A stretch of DNA of 64,000 nucleotides from an uncultured Dehalococcoidia bacterium (GCA_964617695.1 CAZTYW010000001.1:11684-75683); one strand, 5' to 3'; positions 39,231 to 48,461 are shown, counted from the first letter of the stretch. A program made the numbers and translations. The notes: a model not told the origin generated them from the letters alone.

Positions 39231-39941
39231 TTACACCCGGGCGGTTGCTGTGTCGAGCACGTCGGTTTCCGCACCGTTCGGAAGTATCATTCCGTTGCCG
39301 AGGCGGACAACCCTGTCTGCTGTGCGAGCCAGGTTGGCATCGTGGGTCACTATGATGAGTGTGGCACCCATTTCCCTGTTCAGGTGACACAACAGATCGA
39401 CTATCTCCTCGCCGGTTGCAGCGTCGAGAGTGCCCGTCGGCTCGTCCCCGAGCACCAGCGGTGGATTGTTGGCTACGGCACGGGCTATTGCCACCCTCTG
39501 CCTTTCCCCACCCGACAGCATGGCGGGTCTATGATACAACCTGTCCTTCAGACCCACCGCTTCCAGTAGCTCAGCAGCTCTCCTCTTCCTGTCTTGGGGC
39601 TTCATTCCGGCGGCACACATTGGAAGCTGAACGTTTTCGAAGGCATTCAGTGTCGGAATTAGATTGTGCAGTTGAAACACAAACCCAACCTTCTGCGCCC
39701 TGAAACGGTCAAGGTTCGAGATACTGGATACGTCGCTGCCATCAACGCACACCCTGCCTCTTGTGGGCGTGTCGAGAGCGCCGATGATGTTGAGTAGCGT
39801 GGTCTTGCCGCTGCCCGAGACTCCCAGCACAGAGACAAAAGCACCTCTCTCGACGCACAGGTCAACCTCTCTAAGTGCAGCCACTCTACCTCCAAAGTAG
39901 GTCTTGGACAGGCCCTCGATCTGCACCATAACACTACTCAT
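39231..39941 (-). CDS. ABC transporter ATP-binding protein (MacB/LolD-like)
   Basis: Walker [11 protein letters not shown]-loop, signature [14 protein letters not shown], Walker [16 protein letters not shown] 39941 overlaps the permease stop. Confidence 0.9.
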   Translation of the reverse strand: MSSVMVQIEGLSKTYFGGRVAALREVDLCVERGAFVSVLGVSGSGKTTLLNIIGALDTPTRGRVCVDGSDVSSISNLDRFRAQKVGFVFQLHNLIPTLNAFENVQLPMCAAGMKPQDRKRRAAELLEAVGLKDRLYHRPAMLSGGERQRVAIARAVANNPPLVLGDEPTGTLDAATGEEIVDLLCHLNREMGATLIIVTHDANLARTADRVVRLGNGMILPNGAETDVLDTATARV

Positions 39942-41046
39942 GGCACAGCGCCTCCGCCGGTGACAGACGGCATGCGCGGTAAGCCGGCAATGCTCCACCA
40001 AGCAGACCAAGGAGCAGCGCCACGGCCAAACCAAGAAGGAAAGCATATCCGCTGAAAGCGGGGCTGATCAGACCCTTGACCGAGGGCAGAGACGTGATCA
40101 GGCAGATAGCGGCTACTCCGAGCAGGCTGCCGATAACAAAACCCGCCAGGCTGAGCAGCATCGACTCACCGAGAATCATCTTCAGAATGTTGAACCGACT
40201 CCAACCTGCGGCTCTCAATATTCCGATCTCTCTCATCCGCTCCCAGAAAGACATCGACATGATACTGACTACTCCTATGCCTCCCATGATAACCGCAATC
40301 GAGTAGAAGACCCAGGCAGAGGTATCCACAACTTCAATGCTGGACAAAGCCTCCAGAAGCCGGGAGGGAGGTGCAACGCTCAGAAAAAGCTGTCCCGATT
40401 CTATGCGGTTGATCACGTCCTCCTCGTCTGCGCCCGGTTCCAGGTAGATGGCGACCAACGTCACCTTTCCTTCTCGCCCAGCCACTTCCTGGGCTTCCGC
40501 CAGGGAGATCATGCCACCGCCGTCGAGGTAGGCACTCCCTGTTGAATACACTCCCGCCACCCTGAATTCTTCACCTGACTCCAATTCGAGCAGACTGCCC
40601 AACTGAAGACCAAGGTTGCTCCTTGCCCCTTTCCCCAGCAACACCTCAGCCGGATTCTCAAGACGCCTTCCCTCCACGATCTGTGCGTCACTCAGATAGA
40701 GGTCGCTATCTTCGGGAGAGGCACCGAGCAGGTTGAAAGAGGACATCTCAGGAAGTCTGACGCTTGTCACCAGAAAACCCGTGGCACTTTCCACCCCTTC
40801 ATAGGCCTCGACATCCTCCACGCTCGAATCGGGAATTGAACCGCTGGTGAGACCAGCCAGCCCCCTCTGAGTGGCTATCAGGTCGGCCTGGGTCAACTCG
40901 GCACCGGCGCCCAGCTCCTTCTTGAGATCGGTGGCCAGCGCAAAGATAGCAACGATCACTGCCACGCTAACGCCGACACCCAGGGCCGTAAGCCAAGTCC
41001 TGCTACGGCGCGCCCACAGGTTCTTCAATACTAACGTAAGAAGCAT
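39934..41046 (-). CDS. ABC transporter permease, FtsX/MacB type
   Basis: N-terminal TM (LKNLWARRSRTWLTALGVGVSVAVIVAIF), a large extracytoplasmic domain of about 230 aa, then three C-terminal TMs with the FtsX-like ...REIGILRAAGWSR..I. Confidence 0.8.
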   Translation of the reverse strand: MLLTLVLKNLWARRSRTWLTALGVGVSVAVIVAIFALATDLKKELGAGAELTQADLIATQRGLAGLTSGSIPDSSVEDVEAYEGVESATGFLVTSVRLPEMSSFNLLGASPEDSDLYLSDAQIVEGRRLENPAEVLLGKGARSNLGLQLGSLLELESGEEFRVAGVYSTGSAYLDGGGMISLAEAQEVAGREGKVTLVAIYLEPGADEEDVINRIESGQLFLSVAPPSRLLEALSSIEVVDTSAWVFYSIAVIMGGIGVVSIMSMSFWERMREIGILRAAGWSRFNILKMILGESMLLSLAGFVIGSLLGVAAICLITSLPSVKGLISPAFSGYAFLLGLAVALLLGLLGGALPAYRACRLSPAEALCHE

Positions 41047-41061
41047 ACTCTCTCTGCGAGC

Positions 41062-41103
41062 TATTCAAAAACTGTGGGGTGGCAGTCGAACTCCACCCCA
41101 CAG
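41062..41103 (-). terminator. intrinsic terminator between the 801-aa gene and the ABC permease
   Basis: Minus strand: CTGTGGGGTGG-AGTTCGACTG-CCACCCCACAG (perfect 11-bp stem) followed by TTTTTGAATAG. Confidence 0.7.
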
Positions 41104-41135
41104 CAGTGAAAGACGTAGTTTTACAGGGGGAACGC

Positions 41136-43541
41136 CTAGGCAGCAGTTGCCCGGGCCCGCCGCAACAGGACAACCACCAAGGCCGCCAACAGCAAGCCAC
41201 CGACTATGCCGCCAATCAGGGCCCAGTTCATTCCAGCAGACTGCACTGCCACCAGGCCAAAGTATGAGAAACCAGCGGATATGCCTTCGAACACGGCATT
41301 ATCGCCCTGGTAGCCGACGAAATTGGTGATCAACACCTGGGCCGTGTCATCGCTGACGCGGAATACCCTGATATTCTTCACCCCGTATTCATCGGCCCAA
41401 TCGCGTCCCACTTTCAGAGTTACTACTGCATTCTCCAGATTGTTGCTGGACAGATTGGTCCCATCCACTCTGACTACGTAAGCTACCTCCAGTATGGTCA
41501 GCCCGGCCTCGGCAGCCGCTGACTCAAACGCAGCCTGGACCTCCTCTGGCGCGTTCTTCAGCCCGGTTATCTGAATCTTGGCACCGGCAGGTGCATCCGT
41601 GACGTCTACATTCATGCCTACTGCACACAGGCCTATCTGAGCATCCAGGTCGCTGAAGTCCAACAGTTGGTCTTCAATCTCCACCTTCCCGCTTCCCTCC
41701 GCAACCTCCTGCTCCACCAGTGGCGGCGGCATCAGATATGCTGCCCCGGTTACCTGCACATCCGTATCTGTCGCAGAAAAAGCAAACCCGAGGGCAAAGC
41801 GCAGAGGAATGATACTGCAGAGGAACTCAAAATCTGCTAGCTCGTCCTCGGTCATCTCCGCGGTGGGTGCCGAGGCTACTGCAGCCTCAAGTGCATCTGT
41901 CAGATTCAGATATACTATACCCAGGCTGTCCTCAGGCAACAGACCCAGCACGCCCTCAAATTGCTCGGCTTCGTCCAGCGAGGGAACGCTGCCCTGGCTA
42001 GCAGCCACCGCGGCCTCCAGAGCAGCAGTGGTCGAGCCAATCACCAGGTAATCGGTGCCGTCAACGTCCAGGAACAGCCAGCCCGGTGACGCACCGTCCG
42101 CCGCTATTCCATCGTTTGAAACCAGCGTGGCGTCGACCCCACCGACGGTGGTCGGCGACGTTTCGAGCAGGTCCGGCTCGCCTTCCGCCTCGGACTCTAT
42201 AATCGTGTTGAGGGCGCCGATTATGGTGTTGAGGTGCGCCTCAACCGCACTCGGCTCGTCGACCTCGAACATGATGAGGACGTCAAGCGTCTGCGGTTGC
42301 ATGCCCTCTCCAAAGTCAACGGGAAGCAGGGCGAACGAGAACTCGCCTGTCATCCAACCGAAGACATCGTTGTCTATGTCCACGCCAAGCTCGGTAGCAA
42401 TGATGTCGAGCATCTCTTCGAAGGTCTCTGCCTCCGGGGTAGCCTCCCAGTTGTCACTTATTATGCTCCGCACCTGCTGCCAGTAGGCATTCACGTCTTG
42501 CCACGATGCATAGAGCAGTGTGCCCTCTGGCACGATTCCCGCGCTCTTCAGCGACGCGGGTTCCGTGCTGGGCAATGTCACTCCCTCAGGAAGAGGACTG
42601 GTGGCAGTCACGCTTATACCACTGCCCGTAACGCAAAGGGACGCCGCCAAATATGGGGGAACGTAGCCGCCGAGCATCTCAACCAGACCTCCGAGCCCAT
42701 CCTGCTCCCCCTCAGGCGGAACAATCTCTAGAGAGTTCTGCCATATCTCTCCCAAGTTCAGGTAGACCATCCCCACCCTGTCTGCGGGGAGGGCAGCCTG
42801 GGCCTGCTGGAAGTCGGCGTCGTCGGCCAGCGACCCGGACAGACCAGCATCAACTATCAAGTCAAGACAGCTCTCCAGCAGGTCCGCGTCACGGGCCACC
42901 GAAACCAGAATGTACCGGTCGGTGAAAGCCCAGTAAGTCCCCGTCCCTGGGAAACCATAAAGAGTGTCGACTCCACGGTAACTCGTCAGATCATCCTTGG
43001 TAGGAACAGCCGGCAGTCCTGCTTCATCAGCCAAGAAAGGCAGGAGCTCTCCGAAGACGAAGTCATCCGAAGCTGCCTTGTCCGTAGTCCCGATGAACCA
43101 TATGGCGTCAGGATCTTCTACACTGGCGTTCGTGAGGCCTCGAACCGCTATGCCCATCTCTGGGCCCAGCCAGGTGAATATGTCCTCAATGTCGATACCG
43201 TTCTCTTCCTCGGACTCCGCAAGAAATTCCGCCCATTTGGCTTTCACATTCGGGTTCTGCCACCAGTAGTTGAGGAGACCCAGCATCTTGGTCATCTGGT
43301 CCTCACTGGGGGCAAGATTGACCGTCAGGTAGAGTTCAACATCATTGGGAAGGAACTGCGCTGTCTCCTCACCCTGGTGTTGATCCGCAGCCAGAGCAGG
43401 AGCGCCGATGCCCGCCAGGCTCGCAAGGAGCGACACCACGACTAGTAACGGCAGCGCTCTCCAGGAGATTGATCGGCGAAAGCTTCCCCGACGTCCTGTC
43501 CTGGGTCTTTCAGAAGAAACGACTTCCATGAGCGTATTCAT
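41136..43541 (-). CDS. 801-aa acidic secreted protein with a C-terminal membrane anchor (candidate cell-surface protein)
   Basis: N-terminus has an RR-containing n-region, hydrophobic core LPLLVVVSLLASLAGIGAPALA and an ALA|AD site. The body is long and D/E-rich. The C-terminus is a TM (WALIGGIVGGLLLAALVVVLL) plus a basic tail RRARATAA. The pre-anchor segment ...VTLKVGRDWADEYGVKNIRVFRVSDD...FEGISAGFSYFGLVAV resembles archaeal pre-PGF-type domains (from memory, unverified). Confidence 0.6.
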   Translation of the reverse strand: MNTLMEVVSSERPRTGRRGSFRRSISWRALPLLVVVSLLASLAGIGAPALAADQHQGEETAQFLPNDVELYLTVNLAPSEDQMTKMLGLLNYWWQNPNVKAKWAEFLAESEEENGIDIEDIFTWLGPEMGIAVRGLTNASVEDPDAIWFIGTTDKAASDDFVFGELLPFLADEAGLPAVPTKDDLTSYRGVDTLYGFPGTGTYWAFTDRYILVSVARDADLLESCLDLIVDAGLSGSLADDADFQQAQAALPADRVGMVYLNLGEIWQNSLEIVPPEGEQDGLGGLVEMLGGYVPPYLAASLCVTGSGISVTATSPLPEGVTLPSTEPASLKSAGIVPEGTLLYASWQDVNAYWQQVRSIISDNWEATPEAETFEEMLDIIATELGVDIDNDVFGWMTGEFSFALLPVDFGEGMQPQTLDVLIMFEVDEPSAVEAHLNTIIGALNTIIESEAEGEPDLLETSPTTVGGVDATLVSNDGIAADGASPGWLFLDVDGTDYLVIGSTTAALEAAVAASQGSVPSLDEAEQFEGVLGLLPEDSLGIVYLNLTDALEAAVASAPTAEMTEDELADFEFLCSIIPLRFALGFAFSATDTDVQVTGAAYLMPPPLVEQEVAEGSGKVEIEDQLLDFSDLDAQIGLCAVGMNVDVTDAPAGAKIQITGLKNAPEEVQAAFESAAAEAGLTILEVAYVVRVDGTNLSSNNLENAVVTLKVGRDWADEYGVKNIRVFRVSDDTAQVLITNFVGYQGDNAVFEGISAGFSYFGLVAVQSAGMNWALIGGIVGGLLLAALVVVLLRRARATAA

Positions 43542-43933
43542 GTGCCCGTATCCCCTTTCTGATCGATAGCATTAATCAAACAGGCCATCGCAGAGCCTGG
43601 TACCATCCCGCAGAAGAACCATTCGCCATTCACGGCGACCGATTCTGCCTCACCAGGACTGCCACAGTGATGAGAATCAATCTCGAACACAAGCCTGGTT
43701 TGTATCACAAGAACCGCGGGGCTGTCAAGTGCTTCGCGGGATGCCACAAAGCTACGAGGTACCTGCGTCAGGCTTTCGCTACCTTTGGTCGGAATTTCAA
43801 GCCGTTTGGCTACCGCGGCCGCTGAGTTGCCGTTCACGTCACGGACGACCGGCGATCCCGACCCGGCACCACGCGCTATCGCAGGCGGATGGAAGCTAAG
43901 CTGGAACATGGGCAGGTGTTTGACGCACAGCAT
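43538..43933 (-). CDS. hypothetical protein (131 aa), doubtful
   Basis: Only open frame in the 420-nt gap upstream of the 801-aa gene. Its stop overlaps that gene's ATG (ATGA). I recognise no motif and see no clear SD. Confidence 0.2.
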   Translation of the reverse strand: MLCVKHLPMFQLSFHPPAIARGAGSGSPVVRDVNGNSAAAVAKRLEIPTKGSESLTQVPRSFVASREALDSPAVLVIQTRLVFEIDSHHCGSPGEAESVAVNGEWFFCGMVPGSAMACLINAIDQKGDTGT

Positions 43934-43960
43934 GTCGCCAACTAAACTTGGTAGCCAGAA

Positions 43961-45424
43961 ATGGGTGGCTACGGTCTCGTAGATGAAATCCCCATTGCGG
44001 CAAATGCGGCTGATATTTTCGCACTGCTCCACGGACGTCCCTTCAGCTTCTTCCTCGACAGCGGCATGGACCCGCAGAATCTGGGGCGCTACTCCTTCAT
44101 CGGCATAAGACCCTTTCTTGTGCTGACGAGCCGCGGCGACAGCCTGACTTTCCTCACCCGAAAGGGAGCCGAGCACCGAAAGGGCAATCCTTTCGATGCC
44201 CTGCGCAGACTGCTTAGCGAGTATAGCCTTGGGCCACGCGATTCTCCCCTCCCATTGTCGGGAGGCGCGGTAGGGTATCTGAGCTATGACCTGTGTCACT
44301 TCGTCGAGCATCTACCATGCAAGGCAATCGATGATCTTCAGCTCCCCGAGAGCTGCCTTGCCTTCTACGACTCGGTACTTGCCTTCGACCACTTGAAGCG
44401 CAAAGCCTACATCGCGTGCAGCGGCTTTCCCGAGCAGGAAGAACACAGCAGGCTGAGGACAGCTGCCAGACGCATGAAGGAACTCAAGGGACTGCTGTCC
44501 GACCTTCTTTCCAGAAGTCCCGGCAACGGGCGCTCCCTCTTTGTCCACGAACACCCACCCACGCCCAACCCGGTGTCGGCAGGTGAGCCCAGACCCAACT
44601 TTACTCGACAGGAATACGTTGAGGCAGTGCAGAAGGCGAGAGACTACATTGCCGCCGGAGATATCTTCCAGGTCAATCTGTCCCAGAGGTTTGAGACAGA
44701 CTTTCCTGGCTCACCATACCACCTGTACCGGCGCTTGCGACGCATCAACCCTGCCCCTTTCGCTGCCTACCTCAACTTCGGCCCGGTCACGGTTTTGAGT
44801 GCCTCCCCGGAGAGGTTCCTGCTGGTCAACGGTGACCGCGTGGAGACACGCCCCATGAAAGGCACACGCCCACGCGGCAGCACTGTCCTGGAAGACGAGG
44901 CCCTGGCCAGGGAGCTGGTTCACAGCGCCAAGGACAGAGCGGAGAATGTCATGATCGTTGACCTCGAAAGGAATGACCTGGGAAAGGTGTGCCACTTCGG
45001 CTCGGTGAGACTGAAGGAATTGTGGACTCTGGAGAAATATGCTACTGTATTCCAGCTAACCTCTACGGTGGAAGGGAGGTTGCAGTCGGGCAGGAACAGG
45101 ATCGACCTGCTGGAAGCATGCTTTCCCGGCGGTTCAATCACCGGCGCTCCCAAGGTGAGGGCCATGGAAATCATCGATGAGTTGGAGCCGACCAGGCGCA
45201 GCATCTACACAGGTTGCATCGGGTATTTCAGCTTCAGCGGCGAAATGGATACCAACATCGCCATCCGCACCATCCTGATCAAGGGCAGAAAAGCATACTT
45301 CCAGGTGGGAGGAGGCATAACCTACGATTCAGACCCAGAGGCAGAATACCAGGAGACCATCGACAAAGCGAGGGCGCTGGTGCAGTCTCTCAGCCCATCG
45401 CCCGATACAGCGGTGTTGACATGA
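43961..45424 (+). CDS. pabB: aminodeoxychorismate synthase component I
   Basis: Chorismate-binding family: FFLDSG...YDL.......SPERFL......V.TRP.KGT.PRG.......L..S.KD.AEN.MIVDL.RND......GGSITGAPK.RAMEII.ELE...R..YTG..GY. Followed by pabA and an ADC-lyase-like gene. Confidence 0.8.
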   Translation: MGGYGLVDEIPIAANAADIFALLHGRPFSFFLDSGMDPQNLGRYSFIGIRPFLVLTSRGDSLTFLTRKGAEHRKGNPFDALRRLLSEYSLGPRDSPLPLSGGAVGYLSYDLCHFVEHLPCKAIDDLQLPESCLAFYDSVLAFDHLKRKAYIACSGFPEQEEHSRLRTAARRMKELKGLLSDLLSRSPGNGRSLFVHEHPPTPNPVSAGEPRPNFTRQEYVEAVQKARDYIAAGDIFQVNLSQRFETDFPGSPYHLYRRLRRINPAPFAAYLNFGPVTVLSASPERFLLVNGDRVETRPMKGTRPRGSTVLEDEALARELVHSAKDRAENVMIVDLERNDLGKVCHFGSVRLKELWTLEKYATVFQLTSTVEGRLQSGRNRIDLLEACFPGGSITGAPKVRAMEIIDELEPTRRSIYTGCIGYFSFSGEMDTNIAIRTILIKGRKAYFQVGGGITYDSDPEAEYQETIDKARALVQSLSPSPDTAVLT

Positions 45425-46014
45425 TTCTGATCATCGATAACTACGACTCCTTCGTCTACAACCTCGCCCAATACGTGGGCGAGCTAGGACATGAACCTGT
45501 TGTTCGTCGCAACGATGCGATCACTTTGGACGAAATAGGCCATCTCGCCCCCACCCACATCATTATCTCTCCGGGGCCGGGCACCCCTCTGGATGCCGGC
45601 ATCTCCAACGACGTTGTGCGACACTTCGGCGGCGTAATTCCCATTTTGGGTGTCTGTCTGGGGCACCAGTGCATCGGCTATGTATACGGCGGCGTGGTCG
45701 ACCGCCACAACCCTACCCATGGGAAGGCGTCCGTCATCTACCACGACGGCAAGACCATTTTCTCTGGCCTTCCCAATCCGATAGAGGCTGGACGCTACCA
45801 CTCCCTCATCGTCCAAGCAGATAGCGTGCCCTCCTGTCTTGAGACCTCGGCCTCTTTGGCCACCGGAGAGGTCATGGGCCTGCGCCACAAAGAGTACGTG
45901 GTCGAGGGAGTACAGTTTCATCCCGAATCCGTGCTCACCGCCAGCGGTCACCAAATACTGGACAACTTTCTGCATTTGTCCACGGCCCTCTGGAACCCAG
46001 GTCCAGGTCGCTAG
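45421..46014 (+). CDS. pabA: aminodeoxychorismate/anthranilate synthase glutamine amidotransferase component II
   Basis: MILIIDNYDSFVYNLAQY...SPGPG.P......PILGVCLGHQ.I......HGK.S......YHSL......V.G.QFHPES. ATGA overlap with pabB. Confidence 0.88.
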   Translation: MILIIDNYDSFVYNLAQYVGELGHEPVVRRNDAITLDEIGHLAPTHIIISPGPGTPLDAGISNDVVRHFGGVIPILGVCLGHQCIGYVYGGVVDRHNPTHGKASVIYHDGKTIFSGLPNPIEAGRYHSLIVQADSVPSCLETSASLATGEVMGLRHKEYVVEGVQFHPESVLTASGHQILDNFLHLSTALWNPGPGR

Positions 46015-46027
46015 CCACAGGAAGCCA

Positions 46028-46984
46028 GTGGAAGAAATCGTCTATCTCAAAGGCTCTCTCATGCCGTCGTCCCAGGCCAGGCTATCTTGCCGAGACTATG
46101 GCTTCCTTTACGGCTATGGACTGTTCGAGACCATGAGGGCTTACTCGGGGCACGTCTTCCTCGTGGACAGACACCTTGACCGCCTGTACCGCTCAGCGAG
46201 CTTCCTGGGAATAGACTCGGCAGACCTACCTGACATGCGGAAAGCCATCTACGATACCCTCCAGGCAAACAGACTGTCTGACGCCCGCATCAGGCTCACG
46301 GTGTCAGGCGGTGAGGGGACGCCCTTTCCCGACCTCAGCCTGCATCGGCCCCCAACAGTGTTGATCGTGGCCACGCCTTACGCCGGCCACTCAGATGAGG
46401 TCTATCATCGAGGATTCACTGCCATAGTGTCTCGAATTCGGCGCAACACCCAGTCACCCAGTTCGGGTGTCAAATCCCTCAACTACCTCGATAGCCTGCT
46501 GGCGCGTCAGGAAGCCCGGATGGCGGGTGCCGATGAGGCCGTACTGCTCAATGAGCAGGGGTTCGTGGCTGAAGCCAGCACCAGCAACGTCTTTGCTGCC
46601 TCAGCAGACACGTTGCTCACGCCCAGCGAGGGCAGCGGCATATTGCCAGGCATCACACGCGAGGTCGTTTTGGAGTTGGCTGGCTCCCTCGGACTCAGGG
46701 TGGTAACAGGCAGAATGACGCTGACAGAGCTGAGCCAAGCTGACGAAGCCTTCCTCACCAACTCTCTGGTTGAAATAATGCCTCTCACTCAACTCAGCGA
46801 GCAGGTGATCGGCTCTGGACGGCCAGGTACGCTAACAGTGCAACTGAGCCAGGCGTACAAGACACTGGTACGAGACGCTGTCAACCAGCATTCAGGCCGG
46901 ACCGATTCGCCCGGGGCTTCCCACTCACCCAGAGGTGGTGACAACGGCTCTCCTGAGTTCCATCGAAGCGCCGACTCCGGCTAG
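46028..46984 (+). CDS. pabC: aminodeoxychorismate lyase (class IV aminotransferase fold)
   Basis: VYLKGSLMPSSQARLSCRDYGFLYGYGLFETMRAY.G.VF....HL.RL..SA......KSLNYL...LA..EA...GADEA..LN..G.V.E.STSN.F. I chose the GTG at 46028, upstream of the conserved N-terminus. Confidence 0.75.
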   Translation: MEEIVYLKGSLMPSSQARLSCRDYGFLYGYGLFETMRAYSGHVFLVDRHLDRLYRSASFLGIDSADLPDMRKAIYDTLQANRLSDARIRLTVSGGEGTPFPDLSLHRPPTVLIVATPYAGHSDEVYHRGFTAIVSRIRRNTQSPSSGVKSLNYLDSLLARQEARMAGADEAVLLNEQGFVAEASTSNVFAASADTLLTPSEGSGILPGITREVVLELAGSLGLRVVTGRMTLTELSQADEAFLTNSLVEIMPLTQLSEQVIGSGRPGTLTVQLSQAYKTLVRDAVNQHSGRTDSPGASHSPRGGDNGSPEFHRSADSG

Positions 46985-47256
46985 TGGTTTCCAGTTCTAT
47001 TGGCTGACAGGAATGGCAGCACCGCGTTCGTCGCCGCAGTACGTGCTGGACCACACGAACGAGGCCTTCTGACCCTTCAGGCTCACCAAAGTGCCCCTTT
47101 TTCTTTATGGGCATGAGACCGATTGGCCTTGCACAACGGTGCCCTGCACAAATAAATTTAGGTGTCGGTGCAGCTACGAACGGCCGCAAACTGGAACCCA
47201 GACCGGAACGCCTCGCTCTGCATAGCAGAAAAAGAGAGGGGAGGTAATCCTTAGCT

Positions 47257-48390
47257 ATGGAAACGTGGTCCCCCAACGGTAATGAGGGTAACGACGTGGA
47301 GAAGCAAGACGCAAGAACGCTGATCCACATGCTTAGCGATAGCAACTGGCTCATTCGCTGCGACGCCTGCCAGGCTCTCGAAAGGCTTGGCGACATTCTG
47401 GCTGTGGAGCCACTGGCCAGGTTGGTCCTTGAAGACGAGAGCAACCTTGTACGCGCCCAGGCAGCCCAGGCGCTGGGGAGAATCGGCACCAGCCAGGCTG
47501 TTGAGCCGCTTGTCAAGGCACTGTCCGATGCCGACTGCTTCGTGCGGGCCCACGCAGCCCAGGCACTCGGGAGAATCGGTGACACCGAGGCTATTGAACA
47601 TCTCATCGGCACCTTAAACGACAGCAATGATCTTGTGCGCGGGCGCGCCATCCAGGCGATGGGCAAAATCGGCGATGGTCACGCTGCAGAAGCCGTGGCT
47701 GCTCTGCTTTCGGACAAGGAGATGTGTATCCATGCCGTACACGCGTTGGCCAGGATTGGCCAACCTGCCATCAGGCCTATGATGAAGGCAGTCGCCAACA
47801 ATCATGATCTTTGCATGCTTGCCGCAGAAGCGCTGTGTCGGATGGGCGAGGCAGCGATTGATGGGATTGCTGAAGAGTTGCTTCGCGGCGAGGATGCCTA
47901 CATACGGATGGCCGCGGCAAAGGCGCTTGGCCGCCTGCGGGATAGCACGGCCATCAGGCCGCTGATCGAAGCTGCTGCTGGCAACTATGCTGTGTGGGGC
48001 TACGCTACTGAGGCCTTGAGGGAGATGGGCGAGCCTGCTGTGGAGCCTCTCGTCGAGGCACTGAATGACGTTAATGCCAGCACGCAGGAGTGCGCCGCTC
48101 GGATGCTGGGAGCCGTTGGCAGTGACGACGTCGTGGGCCCACTGATCGATTCCCTCGGCAGTGACGAATCCACCGTGCGTGCCACAGCCGCCGAAGCGCT
48201 GGGAAGTATCGGCGACAAGCGCGCCGTCAAGCCACTCATTGACGCCACCAGGGACACCGAGGTGCGCGTGGCCGAGAACGCAGCAATAGCGTTGGGGAGA
48301 ATCAGCGCTCCCCGGAACGCACTATCCGGCCAGGACCTGGCCGATATTCACATACGCTGGAGGGCTCAGTACCGGCCATTCAGCGACTAG
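47257..48390 (+). CDS. HEAT-repeat (PBS-lyase HEAT-like) protein, about 10-11 repeats
   Basis: Repeating ~31-aa unit VR..AA.ALG.IGD..A(V/I)EPL(I/V).AL.D.d. GAGAGGGGAGG RBS. Confidence 0.85.
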   Translation: METWSPNGNEGNDVEKQDARTLIHMLSDSNWLIRCDACQALERLGDILAVEPLARLVLEDESNLVRAQAAQALGRIGTSQAVEPLVKALSDADCFVRAHAAQALGRIGDTEAIEHLIGTLNDSNDLVRGRAIQAMGKIGDGHAAEAVAALLSDKEMCIHAVHALARIGQPAIRPMMKAVANNHDLCMLAAEALCRMGEAAIDGIAEELLRGEDAYIRMAAAKALGRLRDSTAIRPLIEAAAGNYAVWGYATEALREMGEPAVEPLVEALNDVNASTQECAARMLGAVGSDDVVGPLIDSLGSDESTVRATAAEALGSIGDKRAVKPLIDATRDTEVRVAENAAIALGRISAPRNALSGQDLADIHIRWRAQYRPFSD

Positions 48391-48413
48391 CCTGAATACA
48401 AACGGGTCTTGCC

Positions 48414-48461
48414 CAGCAAAAAAAGCAGGATGGTCCATGAGTTGGACATCCTGCTTTCATT
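48414..48461. terminator. bidirectional intrinsic terminator between convergent genes
   Basis: A7 run, then hairpin AGCAGGATGGTCCA-tgagt-TGGACATCCTGCT (one bulge), then TTTCATT. It reads as stem plus U-tract on both strands. Confidence 0.65.

Noticed and set aside
43934-44311. N-terminal 126 codons of the 257-aa minus-strand ORF
   Set aside because: Overlaps, antisense, the conserved N-terminal region of pabB. Only the distal 131 codons remain a (doubtful) candidate.
46881-47666. 261-aa minus-strand ORF with internal repeats (..ILPSAWAAWART.. twice)
   Set aside because: It is the antisense reading of the HEAT-repeat gene, and its repeats simply mirror the sense-strand repeats. The plus-strand frame has the canonical HEAT consensus and a strong RBS.
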